NCBI GenBank assembly: GCA_963805065.1
Contig: CAWDSS010000010.1
Location: forward strand, 472,359-536,358
Length of the DNA stretch: 64,000 nt
Direction of reading: 5' to 3'
Origin: Candidatus Omnitrophota bacterium
Lineage (GTDB): Bacteria; Omnitrophota; Gorgyraeia; Gygaellales; Profunditerraquicolaceae
Made by a program: the position numbers and the translations under genes
The notes under the pieces: generated by a model
Database searches by the model: none
Seen by the model: the letters and a program-made list of their open reading frames with translations, nothing else
What the model was told of the DNA's origin: nothing
Shown: positions 15,201-27,200 of the stretch, in pieces
Numbering within the stretch: the first letter of the stretch is position 1
Layout of the letters: every line of letters starts with the position of its first letter

Positions 15201-18200
15201 TAATCGCATTCTGCTGCCTCTTTGAAAATGCAGCAAATGCATTTTCATAACGACCTCTTAACAATGAAGCCAGCCAATTAATATGTTCCTCATTCTCCCA
15301 ATCAAAAGCACCCTGCTCCCAAAGACGTCTTGTAAGAATACGAGCCCAGGAAAATAGATAATCTCCTAAAAGGCTGACTAAAATGAAATTTTTCATGGCT
15401 TGGATAGGAACGTCTCCGATAAGGAATGTTGCCTTTGGAAAACGAGGTAAATGTCTTGATCTATTGTCACTATTCTCTATAATCTCATCCAATGTAAACA
15501 TATGTTCAAAATCAAAAGGCCCAGTATAGCTCACGTTTGGATATCCAGCCACCCCTAAGAAATCCCTTAACCGACCAACACCAATTTCAGCGCCATCGCT
15601 GCAAAACAAATCAGTCATCCACAAAAATCTCCGACCTGCGTGGAAAAGACTAATAATAGAAGAATGAATAATGCCATAGCGTGATAATTGAAACAAATCA
15701 TGCAAATTTAAATCCGAGGCCTTAATAAAATCCTCATCACTTATTCCCTTGTCCGTTAAATAATGAAGATAGGCAGGATTCGCCTCGTAAGCCATCGCTG
15801 TATAATAACCATCCGTATTATCTAACCTATATGAAAAACCTGAATTCTCTATCTGTTGTTCTAATGTTTCTTTGATCTGCAAAGGAATAGAATCAATCGC
15901 AATGCGCACCATCGCCTTATTGTCAAACCGGTGTAGATTAGGATATTCTGCTTTGAGTCCAAGCGTTTCTTTATTAATTGCTAAATAATCAAAAATTCTA
16001 CACTCACGAAGCATTTCTCCTGGAGCATCTTCCTTTCTTAGAAGTCTAATGACGAGAATTTTATCTTTTTTGTTTGTATTAAAAAGAAGCTTCCTTCCAA
16101 CGACTCCTTGCAATACTAATTCATTAACGCTTGCAAGGTCATTCCAGCGATAAACAGATACATCAGTTAAGTTTATGCTTTCAAAAACAGGCCATACTTT
16201 AGGCGGCTCTTCTAATTGAATCACAGGAAAAGCATCTGCAATTCCCCTAGTAAACCCAGACCAATCACAAGCAGAAAATCCCGGATCCTTGAATAAAATC
16301 TTTGTAGGAATTAATTCCCTTAGGGCCCCTTGAATAACCTCTTCGTCCAAGAGAGAATCTGACATAAGGCTAATTCCGACTAATTCTCCAAGCTCTCTAA
16401 GAATTCTTACGTATTGCGCCCTACCATAGATTTTTCCCGCAGTAAACTCTTGCCTTGAGACTTGAAGCGCTGAACGTAAATCAGAAATTATTTGAATTTT
16501 TTCTTCTCTGGTCTTGTTCATGAAAGATTCTTTTGTATATTCCATCGGGCTGCTCGCAAGCGCTCTCTTTTCAGAACCAATAAAAATACTATTATGGTTT
16601 TGTCCAACGTCTATCGTCCATTGACCATCGGCTAATCTCATTGGGCTGCCGGCGAAAGCTTCGGAAGGAAATATATTTTTAGCAGGCAGTAACCCTTCTG
16701 ACTGCAAGATGTCGATGAGCTCACTGATATGTGCTAATTTCTGGTTCAATCCCTTAAAGCTTGTCAAAAGCCTCGTTTCAGGCCTATGTAAAAATTCGTA
16801 AAGAGCCATGTCTTGCGGACTATTGCTTTTTAATGTTCCTTGCGATACCTCATGGACAAACTGATCAACTTTTTTGCTTGAACCTCTCTGGTAGAACTCT
16901 TTTTTGATAGATAAAATCAGGGAATTCAGATGTTCATAAAGATTTGACAAATCTACAAGGTTTTGCACCCTATCAAGAAGAGACTCTTTGCCGTCTTCCT
17001 GGTTATTCTCATACCCCCGTTTATCTTTAATACTCAATGGAACCAATAAGGGGGCAACTATTTTAATAAATCTGAGCGCCTTAAGATGATAGTAAATCAT
17101 GTTGGCCAAAATATTCTCTTCCGTGCCTACATCCATTGTGAGAAATTTGGGATTAAACTTATCTTCAAATTGCTGGCTTAAGACATAGACTTGTTTAAAT
17201 GATGCTACCGGCGCCTCCGGCTTCAACTCATACAATCCGATAAGAAGCGCGTTATAAATACCCCAGAGTTCTTCCCATTCAGGGTCAGACTCAACATAGC
17301 ACCCAACAAGATTCTCAAGATACCCCATAAACCTTTCATACGACGGGTCCTTTAAAGTCTGCATAGGGCTGTTGGAGTTAGGTTCATCTGACTTCTTTAG
17401 AGTTAAATTTACTGTTGAGCCATGATATCCTTTATATTGTATTATTCCGCCTCTTTCCACGCTCTCTTTTGGTGTTGCAACCCAGTTTAGGTAACGGTTG
17501 AATTGGTTAATTTTCTCACGAGCTTCAGTAAAATTATTTCCTTCAATTTCTTTATATATGTTATTCAGCGCCCGCAATAAAATACTTTTGGTAACGTGAG
17601 CAGGCATTTTTGATTTGAGACGGTTGATGTTCGTTATCAGTATGAGAAAATCTTCTTGGAGCAATGCTGGTTCCTTTTCGATTATATCCGCCCTTCTGCG
17701 TAACCCATCTAACCTTTTTCGCAACTCATCCAAATAAATACTCAACGAGACAAAAGCAACTTCTATGTGCTTCCCCGCAATAATTGCGATGGCTTGCACT
17801 AATTCTGAAAAATCCTCTGCTCTATTGCCGGCAATAAAGCCGATTAATTTTCTATAATTCCTTGCCACCGGTGAGCTGGTGGTTCGAGTTTGCTTGCCAC
17901 GAGCAAACGCTTTCTTCTGGGGGTAAATAAAATTATCTGTGTCTAAGTGCTTATAAAGTTTTTCCAAAACAGTATCCTCCCCTCGTAACAAAACAGGGCT
18001 GGAACCTTTGCGTTTGCGGAGCTGCTTTTCAGATTTGATCTCATTCAGCCTGTTTAGGATTATTTCAAAATAATGTTGCGAATTATCAAAAATGTATTTT
18101 TGTGAGGGCTTCTCGGCAGGCTTTCTTTCTTGGGCTTTTTCTAAATTGGACTTATAATGCTCTTCTAAAAGAGAAAGCAATTTTGTACTATCTATCTCAC

Positions 18201-21200
18201 CTGATATAACAGGGCTACCTGACTTATTTCCTTTTTTAGTAACTAGCCAAGAAGAAAGTACATCATTAAGTTGTGTTAAATCTTCAAGCTTACTCTGTAA
18301 TACTTCGCTCCACAAGTCCAACTCGTCATTCAAGTGCATGATGTCAGTCATATAGGCTTGTTCCCAGTTCTCAATGAACTTGTCTTTACCAGCCAATGAA
18401 AAATATTGGCTCATTACATCAGATAAATCTTCCTGTAGTTTCTTTACAAGAGCAAAAGTATTTTGAGCGTCTTCTAATAATATATCGACTTGGTTCAGTC
18501 TTTCTTTTCTCTGTTCCGATAAAGAACGGGCGTATTTACCTGATTTTAAAACATCTAACTTGTCTTGTACTTCTTTCATCCGCAGTACTACATTTATCAA
18601 AAGGTCAGTAATATTAACGTGTTTAACCGGGCTACTGCCGGATAAATTATCCAATAAATTATAATCGGTTGGTGGCTGGAATAGTTCAGTAGGAAGATCT
18701 TTTTTATAATATTGACTATATATATCCTCGGCAAATTTTTTAATTCTTACCTTACGCTGCTCTTGTGGTCTTTGCTGTTGTTCTTCATCAAACCTATAGT
18801 AATTATCAGGAATAAATTCTCTATGCTTAGGATTCCTTTCGCCAGGATAGTTAGATAAATCTGTCGCATACTTGATGCAAGTGTCTAAAGATGCTGCTCC
18901 TGCATAACCTTTATTCTTTGCCTCTGTGCCTGAAGGCCTAATCTCTAGCCAACCCCAATCAAACATAAGATATGTTTCATCTCCTACAAATAAAACGTCG
19001 GTAAGACCAGAGAAATCTAAGCTATTAAATGCTTCGGAGAGAATATCTTTAGCTTGATCTAAATCAATTAAACCTTGTCGCTTAGCTAAAGCAATACCCA
19101 AGAAATAAGTATCATTGGTCGAACGGATGATTAGCCCTTGTTTCTTGTCTACCTCTAACTTGGCCTTATCCGGCTCATTGGGATTATAATAAACTACATC
19201 GGATCTAAAATCACACCTACTTTTGATTTTATTGTGCGTAAATATATCTTCCAAATATTCTGATAACAATTTGTCTTCTTTTTCTATAAAGCCGGCTAAG
19301 GCGGCGGTTAATACTATTGCCTCTCCTGCGGATTTTTCTCTCATGGCAATGGCTTTCCTCTTTAATATCAGGCTCTCGATAAGTTCCACAGGGCCAAATA
19401 TTTCTCCTCCGGATTCTTCGCCAGCAAATAGCAATCTTGGATTTACGCCTAAATTAATCTTGTTGCCATATACATCTTCTATAATTACAACTTCGCCATG
19501 ATGTTCACGCATGTTCTTCTCTATTTTTCTCATAATTGCGGCGATTTCCTTAAAACCAACCGGCACATTGACAACAGGAACGCCGTTTGCTTCTGCCCAC
19601 TCATCCCATGAACGGCTTGATGCCGTAGTTTTAATAATAAACCAATTGTACTTCTGCCAATAACCTGCTTCCTGTAACGATTTTGCCTGATAATCAATAG
19701 TCATTAAGAAAGACTGGTTGGGGATATAAACAACCAGCATCTTTTCATCATCTATCGGCATGTAAACAAGCCCAAGTTTCTTAATACGCTCCATATTGCT
19801 TAACGATTCAATCTGAGCTGTAACAAGTCTGTCTCCATCGGGATCAGTAATTAAAACAACTGTGCCTACCGGCACTCTTCTTAGGGTCTTTTGGTACCCC
19901 ATTGTTTCAATTACGGGAAGGGTAATTCGAGTTGTATCTATAACTAAAATCTTATTACCTAAGCTTATATAAGGAATATTTTCTTGCTTTAGACGAAGAA
20001 TAACTTTCTTATTTTCTATTTTTGCAACAACCTTACCAATGGGGGGCTGATTAATAAATATGATACTGCCAGCAGGTACATTCTTAAATAATTCAATAAA
20101 CATTTCTTCCTTGGACTGAATCAGTTCCATGATCTTTGAAGCAACTTTTTCTTTATTGATAGCCACCACTGTGGCATCACAAGAAAAATCATAAAATCTC
20201 AAAGAAGGCCTATTGTCGGATTCACCAATTTTTAATTCATAACCTTTGCCGATGCCATGGAAGAAAGAATCTTGTTTAGTATGCAGGAAACGGAATGACT
20301 TTCTTATGCCTAGATTACGGAAAATGCCGTTCATAATCTGGTACGTACAACCACCCACGCAGTCAATAATGATTGGTTTTCTTGCCCCCCTGATTAAACT
20401 AAGGTTAATTTTTGTAGCGACGCCCTTCTTAAGGTAAGGTACATAGAGTTTTATGCCGCCGTCAAGTTGTTCTAAGATATCTGTTCGAATAAATTTGCTA
20501 TCAACAGAGGCGATGCGGATTTCATAAAAACCTTTTTCATCGATAATCGCAAAGATCTTCTCTATCTCATCCAAGAATTCCTTGGATTCATTGGGTAGAT
20601 ATTGGCTTCCTTCATTATTGATATCTTTTGTAGCTGTGGTGGTAGCGATCGCGTGGCTGGCTGTAACATATTCTGCTCCCAAGAGATCCAGCATAAAAGC
20701 ATCAAAACAGGCCAACCAGATAGAGGTCTTTTTCCCTTTTATAGGCACTAAAGTTGTAATACCGTAGGCGGCTTGTAACCTTGCGATGAGCTCTACGAAT
20801 AAATCCGAATTGTAGCGCACTTCAGAAGAAACAAGCTTATAGAGTGTTCTCTCTTGATAATTCTTTTGGGCTGCTAAAATTTTTCCCAAGGTAGCTAAAA
20901 GTATTGAGAAAAGATTAATCGGATAAGAGATTCCTTTTGGGGTAACTCCCGGATAGTAAGGGTAGAGTACATTTTGATCCCCTCTGGTACCCGCAGTAGA
21001 AATTTCCGTTTCCGGTTTAAATTTCTCATAAAACCATCTTCTTAACCCTAATCCGTGAGGATTGTTCATCTCATCATAATCTTCAAGATGTTGTTTATTT
21101 AAGGTGATACTGAATTCTCCTTTTTCCGAGAGGTTTATAATATTTGCTAAAACTTTATCTTTAACCCAGTCTGGCGTAGATTTATCTATACTATCAAGCA

Positions 21201-24200
21201 ACATCTCTTCTAATCTACTCGTGGGGCTACTAGAGGCCGCTAATAATATTGCGCTATTATTTTGGCCAAGTTTAGTTATCGCACTGCTGCCTGAACGCAG
21301 GAACACAGACTCAGGGAAAAAGTCTCCGGCGCGCAGAACAGCGACAATCGCGCTGATTTCACGGAACTTATCTATATCAGTATTATCGGGGCGCCGCGTG
21401 CCGCCCATAACATTCATCAGTATGTCTCTTGCAGTTTTCTCAACTTTACTAATCAATTCATGAAGTCTTTCAAGTAAAGGCAAAGCATATTCGTCTAAAT
21501 TATCTTTCTTAATGACAGGGACATCAGAAAATAATGGGAATAAATCTTTAAGCTTGAATAAAAGTTCTAGCTGCAGTTTAATGGTAATCAAACCATCTAT
21601 CATCTTTTTATCTTGTTGCATCAGTACGATAACATCGCCTACTGATTCCAATAAATAGTTGAGCTGATTGCGTACTGCATTAAACTTATGAACATCGTCC
21701 GTAGGCTTAAGCAGATAAACTGCCTGTAATATTGCCAAATAACTTTCCCGGATCTCTATGGTATCCAAACCCGCCTTATCCAAATCTATTACTAAACTTT
21801 CAAACAAGTTGTTCATTTTCTGGTAAGATAGGTCATTACGAATATCCATCGGGCTGCTGCCGGACAAAGAAACAATAGTTTTTAGAGAAAGGGCTGCTGC
21901 GAGATTCGAATCCCAACCTGCCACGGAAGATGGATTCTCCCGAGCAGCCATTCTCATGTCCTGTCCAGCCAAGAACAGAAATAATCCTTTCAATAAAGCA
22001 AGCGCCGCTGCGGAAAGGGACTCCACCAGCCACGGAAGGAAATCCACTTTTATATTCCGCAGCGACGCTAATTCTAAACCGCTTTCTATCTTAATGGGCG
22101 AACTGATGCTGCATAAGATAAGTCTGGAATTTGCTACGGATGCTGAAACTGAGTTCGGGCCCAAGATCAACCCAAGAACCCGCAGAACTCCTTCCTTGAA
22201 CTTTACCATTATGCTGAATAAAGAATTTGTAGCTGGAACCCCAGTCATGGTATTTCGCAAGTACAAAAATCCCCGCTTTGCTAAGCTTAATCCTATCGAG
22301 TTCAAGCATCTGCCAATTAAACATGGGACACCTCCTGTTTGGTCTTGCTGCCTTAAAGGCGAAGAAACTTTGTTTTCTGACGGTGGCTGGACGGCAATCT
22401 TGGTAAAGCTATCCTTATCCACCTCAGCTTGCGTAAATTGTAACTTACTTATTTTATAGCCGTTATCTTTGAGAATTCCTATGGCTTGGTTTAGACAAGC
22501 CTTGGCTTCCTCAATAGACATGTCAACACTCTCTGCTAACCGATAAAATGTTACCCATCTTCTAATCTCTCCGGTATCATCTTCAACAGCCTTGGACTTT
22601 AAAATGATGTAGTCTATGAACTCTACAATTGCAAGGTTATTGCGGAACTCTTTAATCTCATCCAAAATACCTTCAGCTATTCCTTTAACGTTATTTAAAT
22701 AATCATTTAATCTTTTTATCACGCTTTTACGATTTTCGTAGACATATAGCAGGAGCGCCTTGAATTCATCAGAGTGTTTTAATGCTCTGATACCTCCTAA
22801 TGCCCGGTTTTCGAGTAGATACTCAAAGGACCTTCTACCATCTTGTTGGTGTTCTTTGCTAAGCTTAGAGTTGTATTTTTTGGCTACTGCCGATATGCCT
22901 AAAGCTTTACGTAAGTATCTTACGCGTGGAAGGGGCTTATCTCTTTTACCTATCCGGATAATCCCCTTTTCATTGCGGCCCATATAGCGTTGCGAAGTAA
23001 AAATTCTCATTACAATATCTGCCAAAGACTGACGGAGTTCCTTCATGGTCGGATTATTTTCCAGAGGAGAACCGGTGACTGAGAGCTCTTTTTCTAAATC
23101 CCAAATCCGTTCCTTAAGATTTATATTGCGGTCACGATAAGACAATATTCTAAGGATTAGCGTGTCTTGGACAGAATTAAGCGCCTTTTTTCCTTTGCTG
23201 CGCTTAAAATTAGCAGCCAACATTTTTCTAATTTCTTTGTTCCTTGCAATTTGATATTCGTAATACTTTATCCAAGCTCTTATATATTCAGCGGTAATGG
23301 GTTCGGGGGTCTTTTCAGCAATGTATTCTAGTAATGCTTTATTTACGCGCCGTTCATTTTGTTCTTTAATACTTTTAAGATACTCTGCAATCTTGGCCGC
23401 TTCAGCCGGTACAGTATTGGATTGTCCTGTTGTTTCTTCATTTACAGGAGAAGATGATATTTCTTCATCTAAGCTTACCACTTCAAAACTGTTTTCATAA
23501 ACGCGGACAAGGTTATGTTGCCGGTCAAACAATGCTCCTACCTGCCTGGCGCAACGAATTTCTTGTTCTGTGTAAGGGCACACATCGCATCTTATATAGC
23601 CACGGTTAATCAATGCCGCCTTTAAGGCATGTCTTTCAGCCTGTATTTCTTTATATATAGAAGAATAGTGAGGTTCTTCCGGGTCTACTCCGGGAAATTG
23701 TATTGATACATCTAAATCAGATCCTTGCTTTTCCCTGCCATCAGCATAGCTGCCAAGGACTAAAACCGGGATTGGAAAGAATATGCCTTTTAGTTCTAAT
23801 TCCTCAATCGCATCTTGAGTATTTCTTACAATATTCTTTATACGCTTCGAAGTTACTATTATCTCCGTTTTCTTTTGAGCCGGGGAGCTGGTCTGATTTT
23901 TTCGATAGGGCCTGCGCTTATGCTCTATCCTGCCATTTCTTACCTGATGCTCGATACTCTTTACTGTCCAAGGATTGCCCCTCCTGGTTTTATATCCTAG
24001 TTCATTAAGCTTATCTACAATCTGCTGAGACGTCTTTCCTTTCTTACCTTTACCTTTTTGGATTGGTTTACGTATTGATGATATTAGTGCAAGAGTTTCA
24101 TCTAATTTAACAAAATCTGCCCTATTCCATTCTAGTTTACTTAATTCAAAGCGCACAGTTCCTTCAGTTATCTTTTTTGACTCTTTTAATTCACCTCTTG

Positions 24201-27200
24201 ATTCTTCTGCAATCAAACCTGTAAGTACGCCTGCCAGCTCTGCATTAGTCATCTCTATAAAGTTCTCTAAGAGAAAACGCAATCTCCGGCCATTCCAAAT
24301 CTTAATTCCTATAAGAAAGCCTTCCGCTTCCAAAATTTCAAAAGCCATTACATACTGTTCAGGCGTATATTCTTTCCCAATAACGCGCCTGAGACATTCA
24401 ACTGTAAACTCATGCGCTCTTAATTGCCATTTGCCTCTGGCTCTTGATACTTCATGCAAGGCTTTACCTTGGACCAGAATACTTCCCCCAAAATTAGAAT
24501 CAAGCACGCCCCCAAACTCCTTGCTGTTATTTAACCTTTTAGCTGGTGAGCTGGAGCCCCGGATAATTGGCTCAGAAACATTAGATCCACCTGCAATGCT
24601 ATCTTTCTTACTACGAGTCTTATGTTTTAACATAGCCTTCCAGATAATTCCTTTGTATGGATTCATCAGGATTATACTAATGGGAGGTACGAATAACAAA
24701 ACCACAGTCAATATAATTATGTATGAGGGATTTCCGCCCGTCAGGAATGCATAATCTCTGGCCTGAATGTCATAAGCCAGATACATGTGCAGAAAATCCA
24801 TCATATAATAATGCCCTAAGGAAAGACCAATGATAAAAGCAGAGAGATATGTTCTGGTTTTTCGCAACTTGTAACCTATTAAGAACAAAAGGAAACTGGA
24901 GGCAAGGGCCTTGAGGCCACTAAAACTCACCATAAACTCTGCCGAGAATCCACAAACAACTTCTAATAAAGGTATCTCGATACGTGCTATGGAATTTCTT
25001 AAAATGGCCAGGGAAGCAGGAAAGAAAGTTATAATACTCATCCATGCAAAATCTGCAACCGCTACACTCCACACGCCAATGATTTCCCACATAGACTTCT
25101 TTCTCATGCGCGTTAGCGACGCATAATCATAGATGTCATTCTTTTGATTATCTCTACTCAAAACACTGGAAAGCAGATGTAATACTAGAACAGAAGAGTA
25201 AACTGTAAACAGTAAGGTGACGCTACCAATGAACGCCCAAGAACTGTAAGCTGCTGCGCCCATAAGGAGAAGAGGCGAAATAAAGAGTGCCGTCAAGATA
25301 ACCCCCTGCAAACGGCGAGTAATCATATCTTCACGTAATCTATTGTTTTTAACTCCGGGCGTAAACTGCTTATCTGAAAGTGTCTCCCCAGATGTAGATT
25401 TCATATCTCTTAATGCAATATCTAGTTTGGTTTGTATGTATGTTTTGGATTTTATTAGGATAATACCCAAGGGAGGTATAACTAATAAAGTTAAGCTCAA
25501 CAGTAGACAGTAAAATAAATCGTTGCTTGTTAAAATTTGGTAGTCTCCCCATCCAAAATAACTGTAAATAACAGTTGAAGACATTTGCATAAAATTCATA
25601 ATATAATAATGCCCCAGAGAAAAAGCCATCAAGAAAACAGAAAGACGTGACTTGGTTTTTTGCAACTTGTAACCTAGCAAGAATAAAAGTAGGCTGAAAG
25701 CCATTGTTCCCAGAACCCCAGGAGCTATCCAGAATAATTTCATAACGGTATTATGGTCAAAAATGCTAAAAATCCTATAGGGGTGTTCAAAATCACTAGG
25801 ACCAGCTCCCCCTCCTGCATCCTCAATTAGGTATTTATAAAGAGCCGTTATTATATCCTGTCCTTTGATTCGCGCTTCTTTATATGCATCCAGTTTCAAA
25901 AGGAAAAGGTCTATGGGAGGATGATACGCAAGACTCGAGCCCAACCAATGTCCTAATTCATGGAAGAAAACCCCAATCCCTATACCCAATTGGTCAATTC
26001 CTACTGCTAACATCCCCAAGGATGCCCAGATATATTTCTTTTGCGATTTCGCTATTCCATGCTTTCCGGCCGTGCTCTCTAAGGTAATATTTTCTTGATA
26101 ATTATTTTCAAATTTGAAAAATGCACGTAACGTCAAATAAGAAAATGGAATCATCATAAATAACCCAATACCTTCAGCATAATGCCACATACTGTCAAAT
26201 GACCATCCGCAATAAGTATCTACAGCGGACACTATAATCTGAGTTACTATGAATGCCATAACAGCATAAGTCCACTGACGCCAAGGCGGAATAACTTCAT
26301 TTAGGCTTAGGTATGGGGATTTCTGGAAGATGCTCTTTAATTTTGCATATTTGGCCGGAGAACTGGAGGACTGCGCCTCTTGACTTTTGTTTAGATTAGC
26401 CGCTGCAGCAGAAACTACCGCCACCAGCCACGGAAGGTCAATAGTTCCCTCTTCCTGCAGCGGCTTAACCAAAAATAACCCGCCAGAGAGTAGAATAATA
26501 TACTCCCCACCAGCCACGGAAGGTAAAGTATATATCTCGATAACCTCTCCAGCGGGTAATCTGATACGTATAAATAATTCTAAAGGCGAACTAGAATTAT
26601 GTATTTTTAACGTAAGCCTCTTGCCTTCCAAAGTGTTGAACGTCACATCATAAATCTGGACAGCAAGGTCTGTGAGAATACGCTTATATAGGTATTCTAA
26701 TGAGAGGCGGCTACGGTATCCCTCAAGGTATCCTCTCCATACGTTAGAATTTGAAGTAAATAAATCTAAGTACCCCTGAACCGTCTTTTTGGGATAATGC
26801 AGGCTATACCATTCAGCAATCTTTGTCATTGCCCCTTCGCCAGTTGGCACAAGGAACTGACCCTTGGCAAGTTTTTTCAAACTTTCATCATTGTCCGCAG
26901 CATCTTTTAAAACGTTGCCCCAATCAGGATTACCCGAAGCATCGAATCCTCCAGCAAAGTTAATTTCGACTGTCATTTTAGAAATTACTAATTCTATTGG
27001 CGTTATTTCAGATAAGAAATTAATTATATTGGGCCTTATGGCCGGCGGGACACCCCTACGCCACTGATAATTCGCTACACCGCTAAGCAAATGAAGTAGC
27101 GTTTTTTCTTCAGACGAAATTATTCCTTTATCAGAAAGCTGGGAGATAAATTGTAATTTGTCCCAGGCGCTTAGGTTTTCAAATTTGAGGTTTTCAATAA

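Noticed and set aside
23881-24543. Recombinase-type HTH segment as evidence of an active integrase or mobile element
   Set aside because: Only an HTH-like accessory segment was seen, with no serine or tyrosine recombinase catalytic domain. It is in frame inside the giant ORF and has no inverted repeats. It is kept only as supporting context for the cassette hypothesis.
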